Source: Phycisphaerae bacterium (GTDB taxonomy: Bacteria > Planctomycetota > Phycisphaerae > UBA1845 > Fen-1342). Taken from it: a stretch of 64,000 nucleotides of DNA. The stretch is from positions 384,001 to 448,000 of the forward strand of contig CAXXWX010000019.1 in NCBI GenBank assembly GCA_963675745.2, given 5' to 3'. Both the position numbers and the translations under genes were made by a program. This document shows, one piece after another, positions 37,710 through 46,985 of the stretch (its first letter is position 1; each line of letters starts with the position of its first letter). Under the pieces are notes generated by a model. That model was not told the DNA's origin. It saw nothing but the letters and a program-made list of their open reading frames with translations, and searched no databases.

Positions 37710-39212
37710 ATGAACGCTTCGAATGAACACGCAGTCGCCGCACTCGAACCGCAGGCCGTCTGGCGTTTCTTTGCCGGCATCGCGTCGACGCCGCGGCCTT
37801 CGAAGCATGAAGAGCAAATTCGGGCGCACGTGAAGGCGACGGCCGACGCGCTTGGGTTCACCTGGCGTGAAGATGCCGTTGGGAACATCGTCATCTCCGT
37901 ACCGGCCTCGCCGGGCAAGGAAAGCGCGCCGACCGTGGTGCTCCAGGGCCATCTCGACATGGTCTGCGAGAAGAACACCGGCACCGACCACGACTTCGAG
38001 AACGACCCGATCAAGCTCATCATCGACAGGGACCGCGACAGCGGCGAGCAGATCGTGCGGGCCGACGGCACGACGCTCGGCGCGGACAACGGCCTGGGCC
38101 TGGCGATGGGGCTGGCGGTGGCGAGTTCGCCGGACGTCGTTCACGGCCCGCTCGAACTACTGTGTACCATCGACGAAGAGATGGGCATGACCGGTGCCGC
38201 CGCGCTCGAACCGGGGTTCTTCAAGGGCAAGATCTTCATCAACCTCGATTCCGAGGAAGACGACATCCTCTACATCGGCTGTGCCGGCGGCGGCGACACT
38301 GTCCTGTCCTGGTCGTTCGACCTGCACGGCGTCGATGAAACGCTCGAACTTGCCCGCGTGACGGTGAGCGGGTTGCGCGGCGGGCACTCCGGCGGGGATG
38401 TTCACGAGAACCGCGTCAATGCCAACAAGCTGCTCGCGCATACGCTTACTTCCGCCGTCGGTGACGGCCTGCGTATTGCCACAATCAACGGCGGCAGCAA
38501 GCGCAACGCGATCGCGCGCGAAGCCAGCGCTGTTGTCGTGGGCCCGCGCGGCACGCGCGCCGCGCTCGAAAAGACGGTCGTAATCGTGCGTGACGACGCC
38601 AGACAACGCCTGGCGGAGCCAAACGCCAATGTGACGGTCGAGTTCGTCAGAAACACGCCCGGTACAACCGCGCTGTCGGCGCCCGACACGCAGACGTTGC
38701 TCGCGACCATTGCCGGCCTGCCCCACGGCGTGCTTGAAGTGCATCCCGGCGTGCCCGGGTTGATCCAGACCTCGAACAACGTCGCGACAATCAGCTCCGA
38801 GACTCGTGATGGCAAGCTGCGCGTGCGGATCGGCACTCTCAGCCGCAGCTCGGCTGATGGAAAAGTGGACGCGGTGCGCCGGCAAATCGCGGCGATCGGC
38901 CGGCTGGCAAGCGCGCTGGTGGAGTTCGGCGGCTCGTATCCCGGTTGGCAACCGAACGTCGATTCACCCCTGCTCAAGACTTGCGCAGGCGTATACCAGC
39001 GCTTATTCGGGGTTGAGCCGACAATAACCGCCATTCACGCAGGCCTGGAATGCGGCATCATCGGTGAGCGGATCGACGGCCTGGACATGGTATCACTGGG
39101 CCCGCGCATCACCGGGGCACACAGTCCGGACGAGCAGACATACGTCGCGTCCGTCGAGAAATCCTACCGCCTGCTGACGGCGGTGCTGGCGGAACTATCA
39201 ACCACCAACTGA
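37710..39212 (+). CDS. pepD: Aminoacyl-histidine dipeptidase (M20C)
   Basis: LQGHLDMVCEK, TTLGADNG, DEEMGMTGA, NLDSEE, GGHSG, IHAGLECG, AHSPDE. Confidence 0.95.
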   Translation: MNASNEHAVAALEPQAVWRFFAGIASTPRPSKHEEQIRAHVKATADALGFTWREDAVGNIVISVPASPGKESAPTVVLQGHLDMVCEKNTGTDHDFENDPIKLIIDRDRDSGEQIVRADGTTLGADNGLGLAMGLAVASSPDVVHGPLELLCTIDEEMGMTGAAALEPGFFKGKIFINLDSEEDDILYIGCAGGGDTVLSWSFDLHGVDETLELARVTVSGLRGGHSGGDVHENRVNANKLLAHTLTSAVGDGLRIATINGGSKRNAIAREASAVVVGPRGTRAALEKTVVIVRDDARQRLAEPNANVTVEFVRNTPGTTALSAPDTQTLLATIAGLPHGVLEVHPGVPGLIQTSNNVATISSETRDGKLRVRIGTLSRSSADGKVDAVRRQIAAIGRLASALVEFGGSYPGWQPNVDSPLLKTCAGVYQRLFGVEPTITAIHAGLECGIIGERIDGLDMVSLGPRITGAHSPDEQTYVASVEKSYRLLTAVLAELSTTN

Positions 39213-39261
39213 TAACTGCCAACTGCTAGCTGCCAACTGCCAACTGACGACTGATGACTCA
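39206..39261. repeat. Eight tandem degenerate heptamers (consensus CAACTGC/A)
   Basis: caactga taactgc caactgc tagctgc caactgc caactga cgactga tgactca. Confidence 0.85.
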
Positions 39262-40281
39262 TCACACCTTGCGCACCCAGCCATATGGGTCGGGCGCGTC
39301 GCCGTTCTGGATCGCGGTCAGCTTGTCGTATAGCTCGACGCAGGTCTTGCCCGGCTCGTCGCCGTCGCAGTAGACCGCCTTGCGGTCGCGCCAGGTGATC
39401 GAGCCGACCGGCGTGATCACAGCGGCGGTGCCGCAGCAGCCAGCCTCCGCGAAGTCGAAAATCTCACCGACCTCAATCGGACGCCGTTGCGGACGCAGGC
39501 CCATCTCTTCGGCCAGCGTGATCAGAGACTTGTTCGTGATCGACGGCAGAATCGACTCGCTTTCCGGCGTGATATACTGCCCGTCCTTGGTGATCGCGAA
39601 GAAATTCGCCGGCCCCGACTCGTCCAGGTACTTCTTCTCGCGCGCATCGAGATAAAGAACTTCGGTGTAGCCGGCCTCCCTGGCGGCGATGCTGGCGCGG
39701 AGACCGGCGGCGTAATTGCCGCCGACCTTGGCATCACCGACACCCAACGGCGCGGCGCGGTCAAAGTTCTCTTCCACCACCAGATGCACCGGCTTGAAAC
39801 CGGTCTTGAAGTACGGGCCGACCGGTGTAACCAGCACGATGAACAGGTACTCACCTGCCGGCTTCACGCCGACCTGGGGCCCCGTGCCGATCAGCAGCGG
39901 GCGGATGTACAGACTCGCCCCCGTGCCGTGCGGCGGCACGTATGCGCGGTTCGCATCGACCACGCGCATAACCGCGTCGATAAACATGTCTTCCGGCACG
40001 GGCTCCATGTGGATCTTCCTGGCCGAGCGGGCCAGGCGCGCGGCGTTTTCCTCGATACGAAACACCACGACATCGTCGCTCTTGGTGCGGAACGCCTTGA
40101 GCCCCTCGAAACACTCCTGGCCGTAATGCAGACACGTCGCAGCCATGTGCAGCGGAATGACTTCCTCTGAGGAAAACTCCCCCGCGCTCCAGGCGCCGTT
40201 CTTCCAGGTGTATCGGATGTTGCAGTCCGTCTTCCGATAGGCGAAGTCCAGGTTTGCCCAATCCAGATTGACGCTTGCCAT
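39262..40281 (-). CDS. ilvE: Branched-chain amino acid aminotransferase
   Basis: LHYGQECFEGLKA, LYIRP, AKVGGNYAA (PLP lysine), ILPSIT, GTAAVITPVG. Confidence 0.96.
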   Translation of the reverse strand: MASVNLDWANLDFAYRKTDCNIRYTWKNGAWSAGEFSSEEVIPLHMAATCLHYGQECFEGLKAFRTKSDDVVVFRIEENAARLARSARKIHMEPVPEDMFIDAVMRVVDANRAYVPPHGTGASLYIRPLLIGTGPQVGVKPAGEYLFIVLVTPVGPYFKTGFKPVHLVVEENFDRAAPLGVGDAKVGGNYAAGLRASIAAREAGYTEVLYLDAREKKYLDESGPANFFAITKDGQYITPESESILPSITNKSLITLAEEMGLRPQRRPIEVGEIFDFAEAGCCGTAAVITPVGSITWRDRKAVYCDGDEPGKTCVELYDKLTAIQNGDAPDPYGWVRKV

Positions 40282-40393
40282 CTTGGCCTCCTCGATTCCG
40301 CTGCGCTGCAAGGTGGTCATGTGCCGTCTCCCGTACTGCTCCACGCCGAAGTCGGGCTCTCAAGGCCTCGGCATCGGCGACACGTATTATGAC

Positions 40394-41104
40394 TCAATCG
40401 CGCTGGTTCGTCTGCCCCAGGGCGAAGTCCGCGGCGGCCCGCGCGTGAATAATCGCCGTATCGAACAGCGGAACCGGGCTGTCGGCGGCTTTGATCAGCA
40501 GGCCTATCTCGGTGCAACCGAGGATTATGCCCTCACAGCCGGCGTCAACCAGGTGCTGTATGACGGCCTTGAGACTCTCGCGCGAATCGGCCGAAATCAC
40601 GCCGCGGCAGAGTTCTTCATAGATCACCGCGTGCACCATGCCGCGCTCGGCCTCGTTCGGCACGGCAACACCCAGGCCGTGTCGCTCAGACAGGCGGCCA
40701 ACATAGAAATCCTCTTCCATCGTGAAACGCGTGGCCAGCAAGCCGACTTTGCGACACCCCGCGGCTTGCACACTTCGCGCCGTGGCGTCGGCGATGTGCA
40801 GCAGCGGGATGTCGACGGCGCTCTGAACCGCGTCGGCCGTCTTGTGCATCGTGTTTGTGCAGATTGCCAGCAACTCCGCACCAGCGCGCTCCAAACCCCG
40901 CGCCGCTTCGACCATCAGCAGCTCGGCCTGGTCCCAGGCGCCGCGCGCTTGCACACGTTCAACCTCATCGAAGTCGAGTGACAGCAACAGACACCTGGCC
41001 GAGTGCAACCCGCCCAGGCGTTCGGCGACACGCTCATTGATGATCCGGTAATACTCGATGGACGACTGCCAGCTCATCCCGCCGATCAGTCCGATGGTCT
41101 TCAT
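40394..41104 (-). CDS. Aspartate/glutamate racemase family (YgeA/RacX-like)
   Basis: MKTIGLIGGMSWQS, ICTNTMH, ILGCTEI. Confidence 0.94.
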   Translation of the reverse strand: MKTIGLIGGMSWQSSIEYYRIINERVAERLGGLHSARCLLLSLDFDEVERVQARGAWDQAELLMVEAARGLERAGAELLAICTNTMHKTADAVQSAVDIPLLHIADATARSVQAAGCRKVGLLATRFTMEEDFYVGRLSERHGLGVAVPNEAERGMVHAVIYEELCRGVISADSRESLKAVIQHLVDAGCEGIILGCTEIGLLIKAADSPVPLFDTAIIHARAAADFALGQTNQRD

Positions 41105-41221
41105 GCGTTTATCGTACGCGACAAAGCCTGCACGATGCCAGCCGGTTTCCGGCTGCGAGGCAGCCGTGTGGCGGTTATGATCTCGCCCAGGCCGTTGGTT
41201 CTGCTTCAGGGAGGCAGCCGC

Positions 41222-42298
41222 ATGTCGATATCCGTTACCGACCCGATTGAAAAGGCCATCACGCGCACGAAAGAGATTCTCTTCAGGCCCTTTGATGCCG
41301 GGAAGTGGTTTAAGCTGGGGTTTTGCGCGTTTCTGGCGGCTCTCGCCGAGGGCGGAGGCAACCCGGGCTTCAACGGTGGCGGCGGCTGGCGCGGCAACTG
41401 GCCGGGCGGACCGGGGAGAATGCCCACTACCGAAGACGCCTTCGACTGGATCCACACCAACATCGCCGCCATTGTCAGTATCGGCCTGCTTATCCTGATC
41501 GTTCTGGTCGGCCTCTGGGCGCTGCTCGGCTGGCTCAGCGCCCGCGGCCGGTTCATGTTTGTTGACGGCATTGTGAAGAACCGCGGCGCCGTTGTGGAGC
41601 CCTGGCACGAGCACCGCCAGTTGGCTAACAGCTTCTTCGTATTCAGCTTTATTCTCGCCCTCGGCGGGTTTGCCGCATTCGTCTTGACAACGATCCTCGG
41701 CACGGCGCTTGCTTGGCCCGACATCACCGCGGGCACATTCGGCGACGCCGCCTGGTCCGCGGTTATCTGGGCCGGCGGGCTGCTGGTCCTCATGTGGGTG
41801 GCGTTGGGGCTTGTGACGTTGCTGCTGACGCACTTCGTGATGCCGACGATGTATGTTCGCCAGGTGCGCGTGATGGATGCGTGGTCGATCGTGCGCCACG
41901 AGGTTCTCGCAGGGCACGTCGGTACAATTGTCCTTTACTTCCTCATGAAGCTGGTCTTGGGCATCGCGATTACGGCGTTGGCACTCGTTGCAACGTGCGC
42001 CACATGCTGTATCGCGGGGCTACCGTACATCGGCACCGTGGTGCTGCTGCCGTTGATCGTGTTTCAACGCTGTTACACGCTCTATTTCCTCGAGCAGTTC
42101 GGTGACGATTGGCGTTTCTTCCCGGCAGAGGATGAACCAGTGGAGTGCTGCGCCAATTGCGGCTACGACCTGCGCGGCGGCGTTTCAAACTTCTGCCCGG
42201 AGTGCGGCAGCCCCACGCCCCCGGGGTTCGTACACCCGCCGCCCTCGTGGCCCACAGATGGGGTGCCCCAGGCTGGACCCGACGACGGATTCAGCTAG
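41222..42298 (+). CDS. Multi-pass membrane protein with C-terminal zinc ribbon
   Basis: LFRPFDAGKWFKLGF N-terminus, about 6 TM segments, CANCGYDLRG...CPECG. Confidence 0.8.
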   Translation: MSISVTDPIEKAITRTKEILFRPFDAGKWFKLGFCAFLAALAEGGGNPGFNGGGGWRGNWPGGPGRMPTTEDAFDWIHTNIAAIVSIGLLILIVLVGLWALLGWLSARGRFMFVDGIVKNRGAVVEPWHEHRQLANSFFVFSFILALGGFAAFVLTTILGTALAWPDITAGTFGDAAWSAVIWAGGLLVLMWVALGLVTLLLTHFVMPTMYVRQVRVMDAWSIVRHEVLAGHVGTIVLYFLMKLVLGIAITALALVATCATCCIAGLPYIGTVVLLPLIVFQRCYTLYFLEQFGDDWRFFPAEDEPVECCANCGYDLRGGVSNFCPECGSPTPPGFVHPPPSWPTDGVPQAGPDDGFS

Positions 42299-43278
42299 CG
42301 CGGACTCGATTCAAACGCCTTGCTCCATTCCGCGATCGACTCGGCGGCGGCGAGGCCCACTGATTCGTAGGCGCGATGCGCCGCGTCGGTATACGACGTG
42401 GTTACGGCCCAGCGCGCCCCAAGGTCTCGACTGCGGCGCATCCCCTCCAACATGATGGCCCGGGCCAACCCGCGCCCGCGCTGGTCCGGGCAGGTGCCCA
42501 TGGGTTCGATGATGCTGAGGCCGTTGGCGTCGTCCAGCCACATCGTACACACGCAGGCCAACTCACCTTGGTCAGTTTCGATGCGCAGGTCGAGTTCGGC
42601 GCGGTACTGCGGCGCGTCCATGCGCGGGCACGTCGACCGCACCGCGATCTCGCGGCGCTGCTCGTCCGAGCAGGATGGGTATGTCCTGATCCAATGGTCG
42701 CGATAGCCCGGGAAGATCGCACAGAGTGCGTCAACGTAGCGGCGTCGGTCGTCAACGTCGCCGCGCTGTGTCCGCAAGCGAAAACCGGCGGGAACCGGCA
42801 GCGACGGAATCGGCTCTTCCAGCGACCTGCGGCGATACCACACGGGCCGTTGGTGTCGTTGAAACCCGCGTTTGGTCAGTAGTTCGCCGCGCTGCGCGTC
42901 CCAGTCGTATACCTCCATGCGCAGCGGCCACTTGGCCTGGTCGGCTGGTCGCCGCCGCTGGTGGTCGAGTTCGCACCAATCGAGCATATCGGACTCGATC
43001 AGGCGGAAATCCGGGTGCACCTGAAGAGCGTAGAACCCCGGGCCTTCGCGGAAAACCAGCCCGACCAGGTCGTCTTTTGCCTCCCAAACGCGGATTTCCG
43101 ACTCCCAGTCCGGCTGCCGGCCGGGGTCGCTGTCGGCGTAGCTGGAGTAGCGCAGGTTGACCCAGCGGTCGATCTGCCAGTTGTGCGGCCGGCCGAGCGC
43201 CGCAAACGTGGCCGCCAGAAACCGCCCGACGCGGCCGAGGTCGCGCTGATCGATGTAGTACCGTGATTCGGGGGACAC
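42295..43278 (-). CDS. GNAT-family N-acetyltransferase
   Basis: IEPMGTCPDQRGRGLARA acetyl-CoA motif, AYESVG. GTG 43278 follows AAGGGAG. Confidence 0.85.
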   Translation of the reverse strand: MSPESRYYIDQRDLGRVGRFLAATFAALGRPHNWQIDRWVNLRYSSYADSDPGRQPDWESEIRVWEAKDDLVGLVFREGPGFYALQVHPDFRLIESDMLDWCELDHQRRRPADQAKWPLRMEVYDWDAQRGELLTKRGFQRHQRPVWYRRRSLEEPIPSLPVPAGFRLRTQRGDVDDRRRYVDALCAIFPGYRDHWIRTYPSCSDEQRREIAVRSTCPRMDAPQYRAELDLRIETDQGELACVCTMWLDDANGLSIIEPMGTCPDQRGRGLARAIMLEGMRRSRDLGARWAVTTSYTDAAHRAYESVGLAAAESIAEWSKAFESSPR

Positions 43279-43365
43279 GGTGCACTCCCTTGTGTGGGGC
43301 CGGCGCCAACAGCCGGCCGGGCGCTCATCATATCGCCAGACCCACGTCCAGCCTTCCCCCATCTC

Positions 43366-43394
43366 TTGACAGATGTGCCGCAAATCTCTCTAAT
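43366..43394 (+). promoter_or_regulatory. Sigma70-type promoter upstream of the tRNA-Gln/glmU operon
   Basis: TTGACA (43366-43371), 17-nt spacer, TCTAAT (43389-43394). Confidence 0.6.
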
Positions 43395-43617
43395 TACAGG
43401 TCTTCGGCCAACGTCGCGGTCGGAGTCGTGCCCGTTCGCACGGGGTAAGTGGAATCAGGCATGTGCCCTCACTCGCTGCCAGAGTGGGACGTCCACAGTG
43501 GGCCACCTGTTCGCGGCAGGTGGCTCAGACCTCCGAGCGGGTCCACAACCGCGCCTTCGGTGGTTGACACGCGCGGCGTGTCGCCGTGCCGGCCGATTGC
43601 CGTCACGGCCCCGGGAT

Positions 43618-43688
43618 TACCCGGTGGTGTAATGGTAACACTCCAGGTTTTGGTCCTGGCATTCCCGGTTCGAATCCGGGCCGGGTAG
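43618..43688 (+). tRNA. tRNA-Gln (anticodon TTG), CCA not encoded
   Basis: Acceptor stem TACCCGG/CCGGGTA, D arm GTGTAATGGTAACAC, anticodon arm CCAGG-TTTTGGT-CCTGG, T arm CCCGG-TTCGAAT-CCGGG. Confidence 0.96.
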
Positions 43689-43741
43689 CTGTTGCCGAGT
43701 GATATTCGTCGTTGCGACACCGCCGTGTTTGCGAGATTCGC

Positions 43742-44713
43742 ATGAGTGGTCAACGTGTTGGGGCAATCATCCTGGCGGCCGGTAAGGGCACGCGGCTGAA
43801 GACCGAGCTGCCCAAGGTGCTGCACGAGATCTGCGGGCGCCCCATGCTCGCGCACGTGTTCGACGCCTGCTGGTCCGCGGGCATCGAGGAGTGCATCGCG
43901 GTCGTCGGCTACAAACACGAACTCGTCCGGGCGGCTCTCGATGGTCAGGCGGGCATCAGTTGGGTGGAGCAGAATCCCCAAAACGGCACCGGTCATGCCG
44001 TCATGGTCTGCCGCGAGCAGATTACCGGCCGCTTCGATCACGTGCTCGTGCTGTGCGGCGACGGTCCGCTGATCCGCAGTGAAACGGTGCGCGAGATCAT
44101 TGACCGCCACATAGCCGAGGACGCGGTGACCACGCTGGGCACGGCCCTTCTCGATGACCCGACCGGATATGGCCGGATTCACCGCGACGCAAGCGGCAAA
44201 CTGCTCGGCATCGTCGAGCACGGCGATTGCACGCCGGAGCAACTGAGCATTCGCGAGGTAAATCCGAGCATGTACTGCTTCCGCGTCCCCGAATTACTCG
44301 ACGCGCTGGAGCAACTCACGCCCAACAACGTCAAGAACGAGTACTACATCACCGACTGCATCGCATCGGCGATCGGCGCGGGGCACAAGGTGCAGGCGAT
44401 CACCGCTATCCCCGCGCTGGATATCTACAGCATCAACACGCGAAAAGACCTGGCGATGGTGAACCGCGTAATGCGCGATCGCGTGCTCGAGCATTGGATG
44501 GATTGCGGCGTTACGATTGTTGACCCGGCGACCACCTGGATCGATGCCCGGGCAACTCTCGGTCAGGACACGATTGTCCATCCGTTCGTGACGGTGACCG
44601 GCCCGGCGCGGATCGGGTGCAATTGCCACCTCGGCCCGTTTGCCAATGTTTCCGGCACAGCCGTGATTGCCGACGGCACGCGCGTCGCCGGAAGCGCGGA
44701 GGGGGCCGTATGA
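43742..44713 (+). CDS. glmU: GlmU-like sugar-phosphate nucleotidyltransferase (short form)
   Basis: LAAGKGTRLKTELPKVLH, GTGHAV, GDGPL, GYGRI, NEYYITD; only a short hexapeptide tail. Confidence 0.88.
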   Translation: MSGQRVGAIILAAGKGTRLKTELPKVLHEICGRPMLAHVFDACWSAGIEECIAVVGYKHELVRAALDGQAGISWVEQNPQNGTGHAVMVCREQITGRFDHVLVLCGDGPLIRSETVREIIDRHIAEDAVTTLGTALLDDPTGYGRIHRDASGKLLGIVEHGDCTPEQLSIREVNPSMYCFRVPELLDALEQLTPNNVKNEYYITDCIASAIGAGHKVQAITAIPALDIYSINTRKDLAMVNRVMRDRVLEHWMDCGVTIVDPATTWIDARATLGQDTIVHPFVTVTGPARIGCNCHLGPFANVSGTAVIADGTRVAGSAEGAV

Positions 44714-45654
44714 CCAATATGCGGATTTTCAGCGGTCGCAGTAATCCCGAGCTTGCCGGCAAGATCGCCGACTACCTGGGCATGCCGCTCGGGCGCGCCG
44801 AACTGGCCAGCTTCCCCGACGGCGAAGTGTCGTTGAAGCTCCATGAAGATGTGCGCGGGCGTGATGTCTTTGTGATCCAATCGACGTGTACACCCGTCAA
44901 CGAGAACCTGGTCGAGCTGCTGATCTTCATAGACTGCCTGCGGCGCGCCTCGGCCCAGCGCATCACGACGGTCATCCCGTATTTCGGCTATGCGCGGCAG
45001 GATCGCAAAGACGAAGGCCGCGTACCGATTACCGCCAAGCTCACGGCGAACCTGCTTACCACCGCGGGAGCTCACCGGGTGTTGACCTGTGACCTGCACG
45101 CGGCCCAGATTCAGGGCTTCTTTGACATCCCGGTTGATAACCTGTCCGCCGAGCCGGTCATCACGAGTTTCCTCAGTTCGATTGGGGATGGGCCGATGGC
45201 ACTGGTCAGTCCGGACATCGGCAACATGAAGCGGGCGCGTGTCTACGCCGAGCGGCTGGGCGGCGATCTGGCCATCATCGACAAGCGGCGCAAGAGCGGT
45301 AGCGAAACGACGATGTACAACATCATCGGCGACGTGCGCGACAAGACCGTTTTGATGGTTGATGACATCATAGCCACCGCGGGGACAATCGCGCAAGCGG
45401 TCAAACTTGTACGTGAGCACGGCGCGCGGCGCATCGCGGTCGCGGCCACGCACGGCGTATTGTGCGGACCGGCCATCGACCGTCTGCGTGACGCCCAGAT
45501 TGATCACATCGCGATTACTGACACGATTCCGACTTCGGCACGCGCGCGTGCCGAACTGGGCGCGCTGCGGGAACTCAGCGTGAGCGAACTACTAGGTGAG
45601 GCAATCAGACGCATTCACAGAAACGAATCGGTGAGCAGCCTGTTCATCGATTAG
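44710..45654 (+). CDS. prs: Ribose-phosphate pyrophosphokinase
   Basis: FPDGE, PYFGYARQDRK, DLHAAQIQGFFDIP, VDDIIATAGT. Confidence 0.97.
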   Translation: MTNMRIFSGRSNPELAGKIADYLGMPLGRAELASFPDGEVSLKLHEDVRGRDVFVIQSTCTPVNENLVELLIFIDCLRRASAQRITTVIPYFGYARQDRKDEGRVPITAKLTANLLTTAGAHRVLTCDLHAAQIQGFFDIPVDNLSAEPVITSFLSSIGDGPMALVSPDIGNMKRARVYAERLGGDLAIIDKRRKSGSETTMYNIIGDVRDKTVLMVDDIIATAGTIAQAVKLVREHGARRIAVAATHGVLCGPAIDRLRDAQIDHIAITDTIPTSARARAELGALRELSVSELLGEAIRRIHRNESVSSLFID

Positions 45655-45715
45655 CTGACAAGCCCCGCGGCACGCGCCAAGCCGGTTGGTGCCCGGGCGA
45701 ATCTGGGAGTTGAGC

Positions 45716-46369
45716 ATGCACATTGAGACAATCAGAGGTGAAACTCGCCAGGCCGGCGGCCGCCATGCCAATGCGCGCTTGCGGCGCAACGGCCTCGTGC
45801 CCGCGATCGTCTACGGTCACGGTGAAGCCCCCGAAACGGTGGCACTCTCGGCGCATGACCTGAAGCTCGTGTTGGAGCATCTGGTGCATGTCGTCAAAGT
45901 CGACGTCAGCGGCAAGACGCGGACCTTCCTGCTCAAAGACGTGCAGTACGATCATTTGCAGGCCGATCCCGTCCATGTCGACCTGATGCGCGTGGCCACC
46001 GACGATCGGGTCAAGATTCACGTCGCCATCGAGCCGCGCGGTGAGCCCCAGGGAATGCACGAAGGCGGCGTCGTCCAGCCCGTGCTGACGGACCTGCACG
46101 TGGAATGTCCGCTGACCGAGATTCCCGACGCGCTCCAGCCGAACATTTCGCATCTGCACGTCGGGCAGGTGCTGCGCGTCGCCGATCTGGTGCTGCCTCC
46201 GGGGACCAAGGCGCTCCATGACGACGCGGAGATTGTCCTTTCGATCAAGGCCAAGCGCGGCCCGGTCGAGGGCGAGGAAGAGGCTGTGGAGGCCGCCGAG
46301 GGTGAGGAAGAGGCTGAGCCCGAGGTGATCAGCCGCGGGAAGACGGATGAAGAGTCGGCCGAGGGTTAA
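45716..46369 (+). CDS. rplY: 50S ribosomal protein L25/Ctc
   Basis: RLRRNGLVPAIVYG, HVDLMRV, acidic tail EPEVI. Confidence 0.95.
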   Translation: MHIETIRGETRQAGGRHANARLRRNGLVPAIVYGHGEAPETVALSAHDLKLVLEHLVHVVKVDVSGKTRTFLLKDVQYDHLQADPVHVDLMRVATDDRVKIHVAIEPRGEPQGMHEGGVVQPVLTDLHVECPLTEIPDALQPNISHLHVGQVLRVADLVLPPGTKALHDDAEIVLSIKAKRGPVEGEEEAVEAAEGEEEAEPEVISRGKTDEESAEG

Positions 46370-46371
46370 AC

Positions 46372-46980
46372 GTGAAGCTGATCGCCGGTCTGGGAAATCC
46401 AGGACCGCGCTATGCCCACTCGCGCCACAACATCGGGTATCTGGTGGTGGACGAGTTGGCGCGGCGTTGGGCGATCGACGTGAGGCGCCACGACCGTCGC
46501 TTCGAAGGTTTGCTCGGCGACGGTCCGCTGGCCGGCGCCCGGGCGCTGCTGCTCAAGCCGACCACGTTTATGAACCTCAGTGGAGGCAGCGTTGGTGCCG
46601 CGTGGCGCTTCCACAAGCTTGGATTGGAGGATGTTCTGGCTGTCTACGACGACCTCGACCTGCCGCTGGGCAAGTTGCGGTTGCGCCGCGGCGGGTCGGC
46701 CGGCGGGCACAAGGGCATGCTGGACATCATTCGGCACCTGGGTTCGGATCAGGTTGCCCGCGTGCGCATCGGGATCGGAAAGGTGCACCGGACGGCAACC
46801 GTGGATTACGTGTTGAGCAAGTTCGCGCCCGACGAACGCGAGACCATCGAGTTTGCGGTCCATGAAGCCGCTGACGCCGTTGAATTTTGGGTGCGCCGTG
46901 GAATCGAGGCGGCGATGAACGAGTACAACCGTCGAGACGCGCGGACAACGCGAGACAATGGCGGCGGCCCGGCAGCATAA
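46372..46980 (+). CDS. pth: Peptidyl-tRNA hydrolase
   Basis: GLGNPG, RHNIG, KPTTFMNLSG, GSAGGHKG, RIGIG. Confidence 0.97.
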   Translation: MKLIAGLGNPGPRYAHSRHNIGYLVVDELARRWAIDVRRHDRRFEGLLGDGPLAGARALLLKPTTFMNLSGGSVGAAWRFHKLGLEDVLAVYDDLDLPLGKLRLRRGGSAGGHKGMLDIIRHLGSDQVARVRIGIGKVHRTATVDYVLSKFAPDERETIEFAVHEAADAVEFWVRRGIEAAMNEYNRRDARTTRDNGGGPAA

Positions 46981-46985
46981 GGAGA

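Noticed and set aside
41105..41917. 270-aa N-terminal extension on the racemase ORF
   Set aside because: It is the antisense of the membrane protein gene 41222-42298; the racemase starts at MKTIG (41104).
43618..43688. tRNA-Gln as an integration site for an island
   Set aside because: No integrase, no duplicated tRNA 3' end seen, and housekeeping genes follow directly.
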